A stretch of 56,583 bases of DNA, filler included, from Sphacelaria rigidula (GCA_964200075.2; 3 parts of 3 records of this genome joined end to end with filler, not necessarily neighbours in it); one strand, 5' to 3'. Shown: positions 1-12,273, counted from the whole stretch's first letter. Translations and numbers: made by a program. The notes: generated by a model not told the origin, from the sequence alone.

Positions 1-687
1 GTTTTAGGCTTGAACCTCATCTCGGAGTTGAACCTCAATTCGCACAATTTGTTGTTTACCTATTGAATAATAGCTCTTTTTCAAGGTTTTGTCATCGCAG
101 ACATGTTGTATTTTTCACTGTTCGAGCTAAGGGCTCCAATAAATGCAAATTGTGTGTCTCGGGTCTGGCAGCAAGAACAAAAATGAGGCGTTCCGCACTT
201 TTGTCCGCGTCAAGAACGCTGTGAAACACTGCACTGGCATGGGCGTTACAGCTTTCTGTCAATACCTCGCTCGTCCTATCAATCGCTGTACCACAGGGTA
301 TAGAAAGCCGGAGAAAATTGGATATCGGTTTTCTGGTCCGAATTTACAAAACGCATACAGCGGCCATTCCCCCTTCAGGTTTCACCGCGCAGTGCAATAC
401 AGTACGGCGTACTGCACAGATAGCCGGAGCTCACCGCTTAGCGTACGACATTATGCGCTTGCTGCTTGTGCCACAAGTAATCAAACAAGCTACAGTATAG
501 CTCGGGAAACTGTTTCTCTCACGCTGAGAAAACTCGAGAGTTGAGTGCGCCGTACATGATGTGGTCAACGCGAGTTTGATAAAAGCACGGCGGTGGTGGT
601 GGCTACCTCGCGGTTCATGCGATATCGTGGAGGAAGTAAACACACTAAATTGCTTCGTCTCGTTGCGGGATCTTTCAACTACGTTAA

Positions 688-806
688 ACCTCTGGGGGCC
701 CGTTGACGATTTCTGTTTTTGTGAATCGGCATCATTTTCACTTGAAAATGAATGAAAATCATGCCGATTAAAAAAAGAACAAAAGTCGTCAACGGGTTCC
801 CCAAAG
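688..806. repeat. Imperfect hairpin, member of a dispersed family (second copy ~41065-41195)
   Basis: ctctgggggcccgttgacga..gaatcggcatcattttca pairs with tgaaaatcatgccgatt..tcgtcaacgggttccccaaagg; a homologous hairpin and flanks occur near 41.0-41.5 kb. Confidence 0.7.
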
Positions 807-1502
807 GATCAAGATACGTTAGGTTGGACTGTACTACTGTTCCGGCGTGGGTATCGTGGGTTTCTTGTGTTTTTGTGCGACACGATGCCAGTTTTGGCTA
901 TGTTCGTTCTGGGATGCAAGTGTGTCTCGAATCAACCAAAGAAGTAGTACGGATTATATTGTGTACCTTGGCCTTGTGCCGCAGGACGAGCGTTGTCTTC
1001 GGTATTGACATGCCACGTCGCCGTCGATTACATCGAGCGTATGTTTTCCTCGACGCTACAGTATGCGTTTTTGTCCCTTGAACCTATCTACGTATGAATA
1101 AAATTTTCAGATCTTCGGTCAGCCAGAGAAAAAGTTCCGATTTTTTATCGACACAGAAGTTTCAATGCAGACCGATTTGGGGGGGCGAGGAATATGCACA
1201 TGATTTTTTCAACTAAATAAGTCTTCGGCGCTCAAACGCTACAGGGGCACGCACACGTTTCTTCAGAGGAGTGGCTGGCCCCATCTTACACGAAACAGGC
1301 CTTTTCGGATATCACAGTAGTTGTGGGCAAAGGGCCGAGAGATGACAGAGCCTGTCATTTCACTTGCACGCAGCGTCCTAAGCAAAAACAGTAGTCGTTG
1401 TGACCCCGATGGGCGGAGGGGTTAGACATCAAAACGTGGGCGTGACCACCATTCAAGCCCATATTTTTGCTAAACAGCGACGTTTATATGTGTGGGGAAC
1501 GG

Positions 1503-1880
1503 CCCGGACATGTGGCCTGTTTTTCTCCATGAATGGGTATAATAATCTGTCCGACTGCGTAGGCAACCACAAACCTCAAAATTGCAGTCGTCAACGCGGC
1601 GCGGACAGCTATCAAACACCAATTCCTCACCAGAGTTTTGCCCATTTCCTGTTTCGCGAAGCGCTACGAGAATGCATGTGAAAGAAAGCATATGTATGCT
1701 TTCTTGTAGCCCTTCGCACGATGAGAAAGGAAATGAACAAAGCTCTGGTGGGAGTGGTGCTTGATAGCTGTCCGCGTCGCGTTGACGACTGCAATATCAG
1801 AATCTGTGGTTGCCTGTCTAGTCGAATAAATTATTCGACCAACCCACTCACGAAGAAACAAAGGGGCCCATGTCTGGTTC
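1503..1880. mobile_element. Foldback (palindromic) MITE-like element
   Basis: Arms are reverse complements, e.g. ttgcagtcgtcaacgcggcgcggacagctatcaa vs ttgatagctgtccgcgtcgcgttgacgactgcaa; centre ~1685. Confidence 0.75.
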
Positions 1881-4730
1881 ATTATGAGCGCACGTACAAG
1901 ACGTGACCGCGGTATAGTGCGGGTAACTTCTATGCTGCACTTCACACGAGAACCGGAAAGGTCGTACGTGGAATCGCTTCTGTTTTGCTCGCTGATTCAA
2001 TCTCTTCTCGAACAATGAAATATGCTGATATTGGGTTGCAAACCCAAACACGCCCCGATTCCGCCGCTCCCCCCTTTTCTCACCCCCATGCCTACAGCGC
2101 CCACGACGATAGACCGAGAACGTGGTCCTCGGAGCGTGTAGAGTGCCTCGAGGGGGGGCAGCGCCGACGGGGATAACGTTCCATCAGGGGCTCTCTTCCT
2201 ACAAAACCACGGTGCTAGGCAAAACGGATCAACTGGAAACGAAAGGTATGCCTCCACCGACCTTATCTATGCAACTGCGACACCCTTGACCAAAGCGAAA
2301 CATTCTCCATACTTCGAGTTTTCAAGCTCTCAGCGTAGGACGACTAAAAATAGGTCAAATCTCATTGCTTGTATATACTGTGTTGCCATTCAAACCCACC
2401 CGGACCGCTCCAACCCCTCCACCGTGGCACCGACCAAGTCGCCGCTTCTAAGACCTACCTCACGCCCATCATCCTTCACCCGAGCACCAGCACTATCTTG
2501 ATCGTGATCACGCAGATGGCGGGCAACACTTCACCATCCACCCTCAGCACCGCTGCAGTGGTTCACCGGAAGCAGCATCTTCCTTGTGCTACAATAGTCT
2601 GCGAGACTGGCCTCTCAGGGGCAGCTCTTCTCGCGTGGCAATATAGTAGAGGCAAACGCAGAGGGAGGGTACCAAGGGACGACTGACTACGCAGATGTTT
2701 CCCGGCCGTCTGTCCAGGTGTCTGCTGAAACAAAATCCACAGAAGCGCCACGTAACTGGCGTTTGGATCAGAATTGCCACATGAACCGTAATTTATCATC
2801 TACGGGGTTCAGCTTGTCGCACTCTTACTTTTGTCCCGGGGCATATGCAAATGTGTTTCGGGTGATATTTACGTTTTATAGAAGTAATGGGCTCGAATTT
2901 CGCTTTTCATTGATCTCATTTCGTTGAACCCGACACTTGAACTTGTGGGGAAGCAGTATTTTTTCATAATTTGGACGCGTGAGCACTGTTATGCCCGTGA
3001 ATGAAACCCTTACCAACCGAAAATCCGTGGTCAACAAGAAAAAAAATTGAACGCGGAGGGATCATGAAGACGTATTGAAGACGTCATAGACTAGTCGGAC
3101 TTGTGCCGAACCTCTGTCGAATCTCTGCCGAACAGAACACATACTCCATCCCGAGTTAACTAGGTCTAGTATGCGACAGCTTAAATTTTTTCTTCGCATA
3201 TTTCTCGAGACAGAAAGCAAACTGGCCTGTGGCACTTCACAGCCCCCCGCACACACTAGGCCTATTCAGTGTGGCGGCGGAGTTGCTCAATTCGCCACAG
3301 CGGATCCGAAAAGCCCCAGAACGTGAAAGAGAACGCGTTTTTTAGTACATTTTGGCGGTTTGCAAAGTGCTGCGGCCTCTGCGGCACGCGTTACCGAAAC
3401 CCGCGGTCACACGGAGTAGTTCCAGTGTGTGAAAAGCGCACGCATCAAACCGCAGTCCAGTCCTCTGCTTCGTTGCCGAGAAATTTGCGTTGAAATATGG
3501 GCACAACAACAACACGAGCAGTAGCTTCTATCCTCCTGTTGTAAACTTGTGTACAGGTGTACAGCAACGTCAATCACAGGTTTGTTGTAGAATGTACTAT
3601 ACTCATACTTCCTCTGTCCCATAAGTGAAGTCCGTGATGATCACACGGGCCCTTAACCGTGTCCACTGCCGTAGGCGATATATTTTTTGAAATCTTCAGG
3701 GTTTTTTAGTTCAACCGTGTCTTTTTTTTCCTGCTTGCGTAGCAGTCAGCGTCCGCGAATTGCCGATAAACGATCAGTCGGCTAAAAAATGCCATATTTC
3801 GCCCCTTTTCCACAACAGAGAAGAATCCCGGAAACCCGAAAAACGGCAAAAATTGCGAAAAAAAGTGTACCTGTCTCTCTTTTCTCCGGTTCATCGCTAG
3901 CATACGATAGCTACGCCTTGTCCGAAACCACTCGTTTACATTCCAGCCTTCAAATACTTCAAAACAAGCCAAATTCGTCGAAATTCGGCCGACAACGTAC
4001 AGATTGGCGAAATTTGGTCGAAATTTGGCCATGTTCGACCCAACGATTCTAAGGTTGTAGGTCGGGTTTTTTGTGTGTGTTTTCTCCAGTGGCCATCTCC
4101 ACAACTGTTTGTTTTCAACAAACCTAGCCATAACATGGCAAGCACCTCCGTTGGCGAGGTACGGCCTATCCCCCATAACGGACTTTACCCATGGGACAGA
4201 GGAGGTAGTACATTTTGTATTAGCGTCGTCGTTATTTCGAGTGATGCGTGTACTTGTGATCGATACTGATTGGGTCATTTAGGTTTCATTTCTTCTGCAT
4301 TCAACTGACTGTGTAGTTGGTCGCTCTATTTTCCTGATATATGGTGCCCAAAATCGGGCCCCATACACGGGCACAACTGTTCCACAGCAGTGGGTAGTGG
4401 TGCAATACGGGGTAGCACGTGTTGTTTCTCGCCAGATCAAACTGGCAAAATTTCGTGGCTTGCTGAAACACTTGACATAGGGTTGCTGTTGAGCTCTCAC
4501 TATCTCGGTATGTCCGCTCTGTCTTCATCTCTCGTCATGACTATCGACCGTTTCACAGCGCTAACCCCTGAGAAAGGCTTCGTTTCAGTGACGACATGAG
4601 CGAGCAAGTTGCACATGACCAACCTCCCACTCGATTTCAGCGTGACTTGTTCGTAGCCATCGTTGACTTGGGTGTGATACATGTTGCACGGATTGCCTGA
4701 TCCAGTATGGTGGCAAATCACGTAATCGAA

Positions 4731-5192
4731 CACCCCCCTCCTGCCCTCCCTCAGACCGCCCTGTGCACAACGCGCACACACGAAAATCACCCACAGGGCA
4801 CGATGCTGCGGGCGCTCATTTCGTCCTACGCCACCCTCCCAGCCATGACTCGCCGTGAGCTAGACGACCGCGTGAAGTTTGACCTGTGCAGAGACGTCGG
4901 GCCAAGTAATCAGCGCCGATATGGAGCACACCGCATCGATCACCGGCTCAAAGCTGGTGTATACCAGTATACTAGCTTGAAGCCGGTGGCCGAGGCGATG
5001 TGCTCCATAGCGGCGTTCATTACTTTTGCCGACGTCACCGTACAGGTCAAGCATCACGCGTTTGTCTAGCTCACGGCGAGCCGTTGGTGGCAGGGTGGCG
5101 CAGGACGAAACCCGCAAACATCGTGCCCAGTAGGTGGTTTTCGTGTGTTGTTGTGCAGAGGGCAGTCTGAGGGAGGACAGGAGCGGGGAGTG
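4731..5192. mobile_element. Foldback element with CAC...GTG termini, flanked by AA on both sides
   Basis: ~230-bp arms reverse-complementary along their whole length (centre ~4964); mirror-image peptides in ORFs 4707+ and 4860-. Confidence 0.8.
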
Positions 5193-5283
5193 AACCCCTA
5201 GACACCGACTCCCCTGTAGGAGGACTGGAACTGACTATGCCACGTTTAAGGTTTCGAAGAGCTTTTCTCTCGCTACACAAAAC

Positions 5284-7090
5284 CACACCCCGAACAATGA
5301 AAGGCGTTCATTGCGGTAGCAATAGATAGAAGGGTACATTACCGACCGTAATGGCTATCAACGGTTAGATTCATCCCTCTGCTGCCGCTGACGTTATACG
5401 TCGATACACAATTTTTAAATCAATCGCTGCTGACCGTGTATGTTGATTCAAATTTGCCAAGTCTATTGCAAAGGACCATGTTTATTGACACAGAATTTTC
5501 ATAATCCATTTTTGCGTTGACGGTACGGAGCGATGGAATAAAAATATATATTTTTACCGACAAGTGCATGTGGGTAAAATGTCCCAAATTCCATTGCCAC
5601 TGAAAAAATACATGGATGAAAGTATCGCCAAGTACAGTGTCACTGGCAGTGAATATCGGGAGGGGTGTTTCTAAATTCATCGTGATTGACAAGGGATATC
5701 GATCCTAGCTTTTTATGTGCATTGTTCAGGTGTGCATGTATTGCACACAACCAACAGTGCATGCCGACAGTCGACTCCTTGTCATCCATTAGTACAACCC
5801 ATCGTGCAATGCCGTGGACATGGAAGAATATACTTCCAAGTATTGTTTTGCCACCCTAAGAACCAGATATTTCAATCTCCACTAAGCAAGAGTTTCTGCA
5901 ACGCGGGGCTCCCGGTATATTTCACAGTATACTTAACAGTCAAATATGCTGGGAACACTGAGTTTGAGATGCCTCTAGTGATCGCGTCACAACACAAGAA
6001 ATGCCCGAAACCCAAAATTCTATCTGCACGTAGTGTCTGCAATCTAGGTAGGGTGGGCGTCGATAGCATGTACATGTGTCTCTCGTTCCCCACAGGTCCA
6101 CGGCGTTATGGGTATATTGTCCTCTGCAGGTCAATTTGGTTGTGTGCGTATCGAATGATGAGAACAAGGACCAAGGGTCTGGAAGCACGAACGATGGCGC
6201 CGCAGGTCTATCATGTATCGTTATCGTTTCCAACCTGGACAATAATTTGCATTTGTCAAGAAGGTGTATCGTGTGCAGATGGAATTTTGTGTAATGGATG
6301 GACAACAGACTTGATACTGTCTGTACTGCGTCACGTTTGGTAGTGCTGTGTTCTGTCCAGGGAATGTCGGTACATCATATCTTCACAGGCAGAAAACGTT
6401 AGGTTGCACCGTACAGACAGAGTGAACGTAGCGTAACGCGGACAATACACGTGATAATGATCCATTGCTGCAGCAGTAGATCAGGTGGTGCTGAACGTAT
6501 ATCCATTGTCAATGACGATAAATTGATTCTCCTATCGATATCCAATATCAGGGACGATGTACTGGGCGATGTTTTCATCGACATTTTTTAAATGGCAATG
6601 GATTTTGAAAAATTCTACCGGTATGGACCTGTCGGTAGCGATACATGTTGGTTTCTTCCATCGATGCATACCGTTAATGCAAATGGATTATAAAAATTCG
6701 GGGTCAATATACACGGTCCTTTGAAATAGATTTCGCAAAATTCTATCGATATGCATGATCAGGGGCAATGGGTTTGGTAATATTTCACCGATATACGTGG
6801 TCAGTGACAATAGATTTTGGAATATTCCATGCAAATAGATTTCAGGGGTTTCCGTGAATATAATCTGCGGTAGACAATACATCCAAGAAAACGGACACCA
6901 TTAGCTATGGCCATGGCATGACAGTAGATTGCGAGAAATGTCTATCGATGACCATTGCGGACCGGCATGGATGTCGAGTCGAGGAGACTGGTGTCATTGG
7001 CAAAGCACCAACATGATATATTTTCCATCAATCGCCACTGCCAGGGGCAACGAGCCGTCTAGTGCGACGGGACTTCATCGATATCCAGTG
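5284..7090. mobile_element. Decayed TIR-type element with ~43-bp subrepeat arrays in inverted orientation (related to 38071-39896)
   Basis: Starts cacaccccgaacaatg (like the TIR cacaccctggacaatag); 5455-5710 is the diverged reverse complement of 6490-6740; right end uncertain. Confidence 0.5.
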
Positions 7091-7224
7091 TTTTACACCA
7101 TTGGGAGACACACTTGTTGCAGCAGCACGACTTATTACAAGCTGAATTTACCAAGAACCACGCTACCAGGACTCCATTACTTCACTACAGTATATACCCC
7201 TCTGTACTGCATACCAATTACACG

Positions 7225-7521
7225 TTCTTTGTCGCACTTTGTACCCCTGCCCTCCCTCTGGACGAGTCCGTGGTCTCAAGGAATCAACCAATCTCTCCCC
7301 GGTACACGCTTTGCATGTTGGTTTCACGGATTGGGTCATGGCTATCAGCACTCCCGCACCACGTCAACTCTCGTAAAGAAAGAAGTCAAAATTACTCATG
7401 TTCACTGACGCTGTCGATGGTGGAAATAAGATATGTCGAGAACACCCAAGGCATCGGGATTCGAACCCCCGTTCCCTCCATACTACTGGCGACGACACCA
7501 TTGGACTACGAGGGCGCGGCA
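7225..7521 (-). mobile_element. tRNA-derived SINE-like element
   Basis: Minus strand has a tRNA-like head with B box ggttcgaatccc and the ~150-bp body shared with copies at 50.1, 52.6, 54.0, 54.9 and 55.3 kb. Confidence 0.7.
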
Positions 7522-7595
7522 ACCGTTGCTTATCCATTCAAAACGATTTTGGAGACCCACACTTTGCACGTGAGGGTCAAACAAGGTCCAACAAG

Positions 7596-8000
7596 CTAAT
7601 TCAGTACCGCCCCGTCCTCGTTCTCCCACGAAAACTCCTCCTCGCCATCTATGTCACCCTCTGGTTCGAAGGAGAAGTTCGACACCTCTACTTCCTCGAG
7701 CATTATCTTGTCTGTGAACCGGCGAGAGACGGCTTTTCCCGCCTCTGCCGGCTGTTCCTCAGTTAGTTGGGGGATGTCCGTTGGTGCGTTTTCGAACTGG
7801 CCTCGCAAATACAAGGCCATATCAAGATTGGCGGGGTCGACGCTACCACGTTTGCGGGGCCGGAACATATCCGCGACGCAAAAGTCACGCTCCACTACAC
7901 TCGCCGGGGAAGGTGCACCAAACACCGCCTGCGCCAGGGACCGAAGGTAGAGTGGGTGTTCTTGGCCGTGAGCTGGCCAATACGTGATACCTTCCAGCTT
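7596..8000 (-). pseudogene. hAT transposase C-terminal dimerisation-domain remnant
   Basis: YW...HPLYLRSLAQAVFGAPSPASVVERDFCVADMFRPRKRGSVDPANLDMALYL fits the hAT W..P.L..LA....P.S...ER.F....KR..L.P pattern; upstream transposase not seen. Confidence 0.75.
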
Positions 8001-8650
8001 CCTCTCCTCTTTCTCGATCTGTAACCCGGAGCGACGAAAAAAAAGCATAATATCGATCGCAGGAAGGTGGGTTACAGCTCACCAGCTACCTCCACTCTAG
8101 CGCCCTGCATTTCTACTGCATTCTCACCATAATCATCGTCTGCTTATTCGTGCGTACTATGAACTACTCGATAGGGGCGTCTCTTTCCCCCAAAAGAGTA
8201 ATGACCAAGGTGTATGTGACGGAGCAATGGTGATGTTGGCGTTTTGACGACGATGCATTGAGATGTTGGGGGAGCACGAGCAGACATAAGCAATCCTAAT
8301 GCTTGGCGTCGAGGTTTTTTTCTCAACGGGGAGGAGTCGAAGAATGGGCATGTGCAATGCAGGAAATATCGATACAACGCAACGTACGACACACCTTGGC
8401 GTTTCTCCACGCCCTAATGAGATCACCGGTTCCTTGCTCAGGAGTAGTCTCGGAGGCGCTCGCGGTTCCCTCCTCTTCATCGCTGCTGGAGTCCATGATG
8501 CCCTCCGCGGCACACTCCTCTCGCCGCGGATCGGCAGCGGGGCCGGTGGCGGTTTTCAACCGCATCGTCGTTGTCGTGTTTTGGGCGGCCGACAGCTCGC
8601 GGTCACTGGAGTTCATCGGGGCTGTCGGCCGCCCAAACACGACGACGACA

Positions 8651-11021
8651 ATGACGACCATCAGGGCGGTGGACGCGGGGGTCGCCGCGACGGTTCCGGG
8701 TCCTCCGGTGGAGGACGATGAGGATCCAATCCACGACGAACGGTTCGGAGCAAACAACACACGACCTGGAAGCGCGCGGGATCCGGCTCGTCGGACAGCT
8801 CGTCCCGGAATCCCCGCAACAGGAATTGGTCAGCGACCGACCCGCCGTCGGTCAATTCGATTACTGTCAGGCAGGAAACACCTCGTTTGGCTGATGTTTC
8901 CCACGAGTTAGAAGGTTTGTCCGAAATCAACGACAAAGATCGACCTTGTCTTGGACCTCAGCCCGCACTTTAGCTGCCGCCGCGTCTGGCCAAGCACGGA
9001 CTGCAGCCCGTGATGCTGCAGTAGCTGCTAACCCTGAGGCTGCTTGGGTAGCTGCTATCCAGGGAGAGTACATTCAGATGGATGTCAAGAAACTTTGGCA
9101 TATTACAACTATTTCCGCAGCGGACAACGAGGACTCGGGACAGTTTACCTCGTGTTTATCCACTCCATCCGTCGTACTGTACGAAATATTCTGCAGTTTG
9201 TGGATCGCATGGGCGCTCAGCGCTTTGAAAATCCCGTTCGGGCCGATGGTTGACAGACGCCGCTTCATGAGGCCTTACACCGCACCATCTCTCGTCGCTC
9301 GCCTGACCTTACCTCTTCATTGGTGCAGATCATCGACCGGTTCGTCGCCGCGATGGATACGGGCCGTGCCCTGGAGCTAACTGGCTCGGCGATACTCCGT
9401 GATCTGGAGCGGCATCTGACTGGCTACTTTGATCGAAGTACGCAGGGTAGCTCCATCCAGCGTCTCAGCTCGTTCGGTGTAGCCACGGACGTTCCCTTTT
9501 CCGACTACCTTCGTCAGTTCAAGTTGCTGGTTTCCAGCACTTTAGGAACTGGACGCCAGAGCGGCCCTTCTGAGTATATGTGTCAGTCATATATCCGTAC
9601 CGAGTGTTTCTGAGTAGTTTCCGGCATTGATGCCGTCATTGTTTCCGGGTGCCCTAGCACACCGCGAGGTGCCTTACTCCTCCGTAGACGCAATGTGGAC
9701 AGCTTTTGTCCATCAAGAAAGCAGCCTCACTCCCGCCATTCGGGGTGACGAACATTTGTCTCCGCGTTCACAGCCTGCCGCTGCCTCCTTCGCGAACACG
9801 TACGGGTCTCGCGGACGGAACTCGAGTCCATCTCGTGCTACATGGACCCCCGCCTCTGTGGCCGGTTCAGTAATGAGCATTAGGAGTAACAAAGGCCCAT
9901 TCTGCGCGAGTTTTGTCGCATGGCCGTACTCGGAAGAGTCATGGGACTACGAGCTGGGCCAGCCAAGAACAGGTGTGAATCTCGCTCAGGCGACGCACGG
10001 CGCGATATCAGGAGTTGGACGCTGAAGTTTTGACAGCAGATTTTTATTATTGAAATACAAAAGATCACGGGTCCAGCAAATAAAGAAATAAAGAAATAAA
10101 AAGTTATGGGCAATTGAAATTCCAGCCAAAACAAGATAATTCCACAAGTCCAGGAAAAAACCAGAATCTGCAGCTGGACACGTGAAGTGTCAGTTCCTTG
10201 GGCGCAGAAGGTCTTCCTGAAATTTTAGCTTAAGACTCGTCGAATTGGGCCGTGCGTTCAACATTTTCCGTGACGCTGCTGCACCCTATAAATCAAGTGA
10301 TGGGAGATTCCAATCATGGAGGTCATGAGTTCGAATCCCGACAGATTCTCTTTTTTTTTTCGTCCGTCGTTAAGGTCATACATCATGCAGTACATTTTTT
10401 TTTTTCACTCAGCGGCGGTACCGTGTGTCACCAGGTTGGTCTACACCTCACAGTGATATGCTTACACCGGGTTCATTCGGGAAACTGGGGAAGCTGTGGT
10501 GTGAGCAAGTTCTAGCAGTTTTTAAGCTGTGGTCCAGCTCGTATCTTTATTTGACTTCTACGACAGCTTTTATGACGGATGATCCCCACTTGTGGAACCC
10601 GCTTCTGCCTTCTTCGGCTGGACGCGACGCTTTTAGCCGCCACGCCAACAGCTGTATCGATTGCAATGTACAAGGCCACAGCATGCGTGACTGTGACAAC
10701 TCATGCATCAACGCATTCGATCTCATGAACCCTGAACTACAGGGCAATGAACCCGCGTGGCGCCGATGACAAAAACGAATGCGCGACTATCGTACCCCAA
10801 ATCGAAATAATCGCAACCATTCGAATACTCGAGGCAGCTATTGCTCTAATCGCGATCGCCGACAATACAACAACCATAGTTCAGATACTCGCCAAAGAGA
10901 TAATGCCTCTCACGCTAATCTTTGTTCCGCTGATGGACACCAGCGAACGGGACCGACACATAGCTCGAACCCCAACACTAGAAATCCTTGTACCTTCGCT
11001 TCGGATCGCATAGATCCATGA
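8651..11021 (+). pseudogene. gag: gag remnant with CX2CX4HX4C zinc knuckle, interrupted by a MITE
   Basis: CIDCNVQGHSMRDC at 10653-10694; fragmented ORFs 8946, 9320, 9627, 10425 and 10779; start codon position is a guess. Confidence 0.75.
9950..10541. mobile_element. 592-bp TIR MITE with TA target-site duplication (Tc1/mariner-like), CGAGCTG family
   Basis: TA|cgagctgggcca...tggtccagctcg|TA; removing it plus one TA rejoins gag as TGG GAC TAT CTT TAT TTG (WDYLYL). Confidence 0.9.
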
Positions 11022-11030
11022 CGTGACAAC

Positions 11031-11480
11031 TGTCGTGGTCTGATCACGAGGTGATTCTGGCGTCACTCTCACAGAACATACCCGGCCAGGGGTGACCCGA
11101 GGTTGGCGGCTGGCCACAGAGAACAATTGCAGTCGAGAGGAATGACCCTTGAACTCCTGAGTAACAGACCCTTGAGTCCGACCAGCACTGCATCATAAGG
11201 CCAAGCAGGGACTCACTTTCGCGTGCAGAAGAGGTGCTCTTGACTCGCTTGCAAGCAGGGTGTCTCCAAGTGTGGCTAATAGCTTTTATTATTAGGCTCG
11301 CTAGGTTGCTAAAACACGACTCTACTAGGTAGCTGGAAAGTTGTGAGGGAGACGGAGTGGGTGCGCTACTCACCAAAGCTCGAAACAAAACGCTACTATG
11401 CGAGTGGAATACGACCTATTGCACATGCCAAGCGCACTTCCAAACGCCTACTACATATACAGTCGATATCCGCCATAACA
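11031..11480. mobile_element. Candidate solo LTR inserted at the gag-pol junction
   Basis: TGTCGTGG...CCATAACA termini; flanks caac/caag (4-bp near-TSD); aataataaaa on the minus strand. Confidence 0.4.
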
Positions 11481-11769
11481 CAAGGTCAGCGTCCTAAAGT
11501 GTTCGGCGCCGCCGACAGCACCTTCGAAGACTTTTCAACACCGCCCACGGAAGGAGCGACAGAAAGTTCTCGCTCAGTTTCCCCGACGTCATGCAGGGGC
11601 ACTAATGGCCACTCAAATCGACCCCCGTCTTCACCTCTTCGCATACAGCTTAACAGTTGCGTGAACTCACGACTTAGATCTAAGCTCGGCTCTGGACTTG
11701 GTCCTTCAGAACTGAGTGTAAATCTGCGGTGTGGGAACACCAGCCGCCCGTCCCTGAGACAACGGCTTC

Positions 11770-12273
11770 CCTCAGCGACCGCACGCACACGCAGTAGTAT
11801 ATCTCACTCGACTGGTTCAAGTGTCGCTGGTCTCAATTTGACCACTTCGGGCCAAGCAACACCCACCCAGCTCGAACGAGTTCGTTCTTCGCGTTCATTA
11901 CACCACGCGAAACTACCCCTGGATGGTTCCGAGAGGAACTGTCCTAATTTACAATCGGCTATGACTCCTCAGCGAAGCTTGGTAACGGAAAGTTCACAAG
12001 CTTCGCCCGAGTATACCCCGACCTCAGCGACCGCACGCACACGCAGCAAGATATCTCACTCGACCGGTTTGAGTGTCGCTGGTCTCAATTTGACCACTTC
12101 GGGCCAAGTAACACCCACCCAGCTCGAACGAGTTCGTTCTTCGCGTTCATTACACCACGCAAAACTACCCCTGGATGGCTCCGAGAGGAACTGTCCTAAA
12201 TTACAATCGGCTATGACTCCTCAGCCAAGCTTGGTAACGGAAAGTTCACAAGCTTCGCCCGAGTATGCCCCAA
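11770..12273 (+). repeat. 252-bp (84-codon) in-frame tandem duplication upstream of the protease
   Basis: ctcagcgaccgcacgcacacg at 11771 and 12023; about a dozen mismatches by eye; repeated peptide SATARTRS..SSQASPEY. Confidence 0.95.

Noticed and set aside
4500..4730. Cys/His-containing minus-strand peptide as a zinc finger
   Set aside because: The spacing does not fit a family I can name and there is no supporting context.
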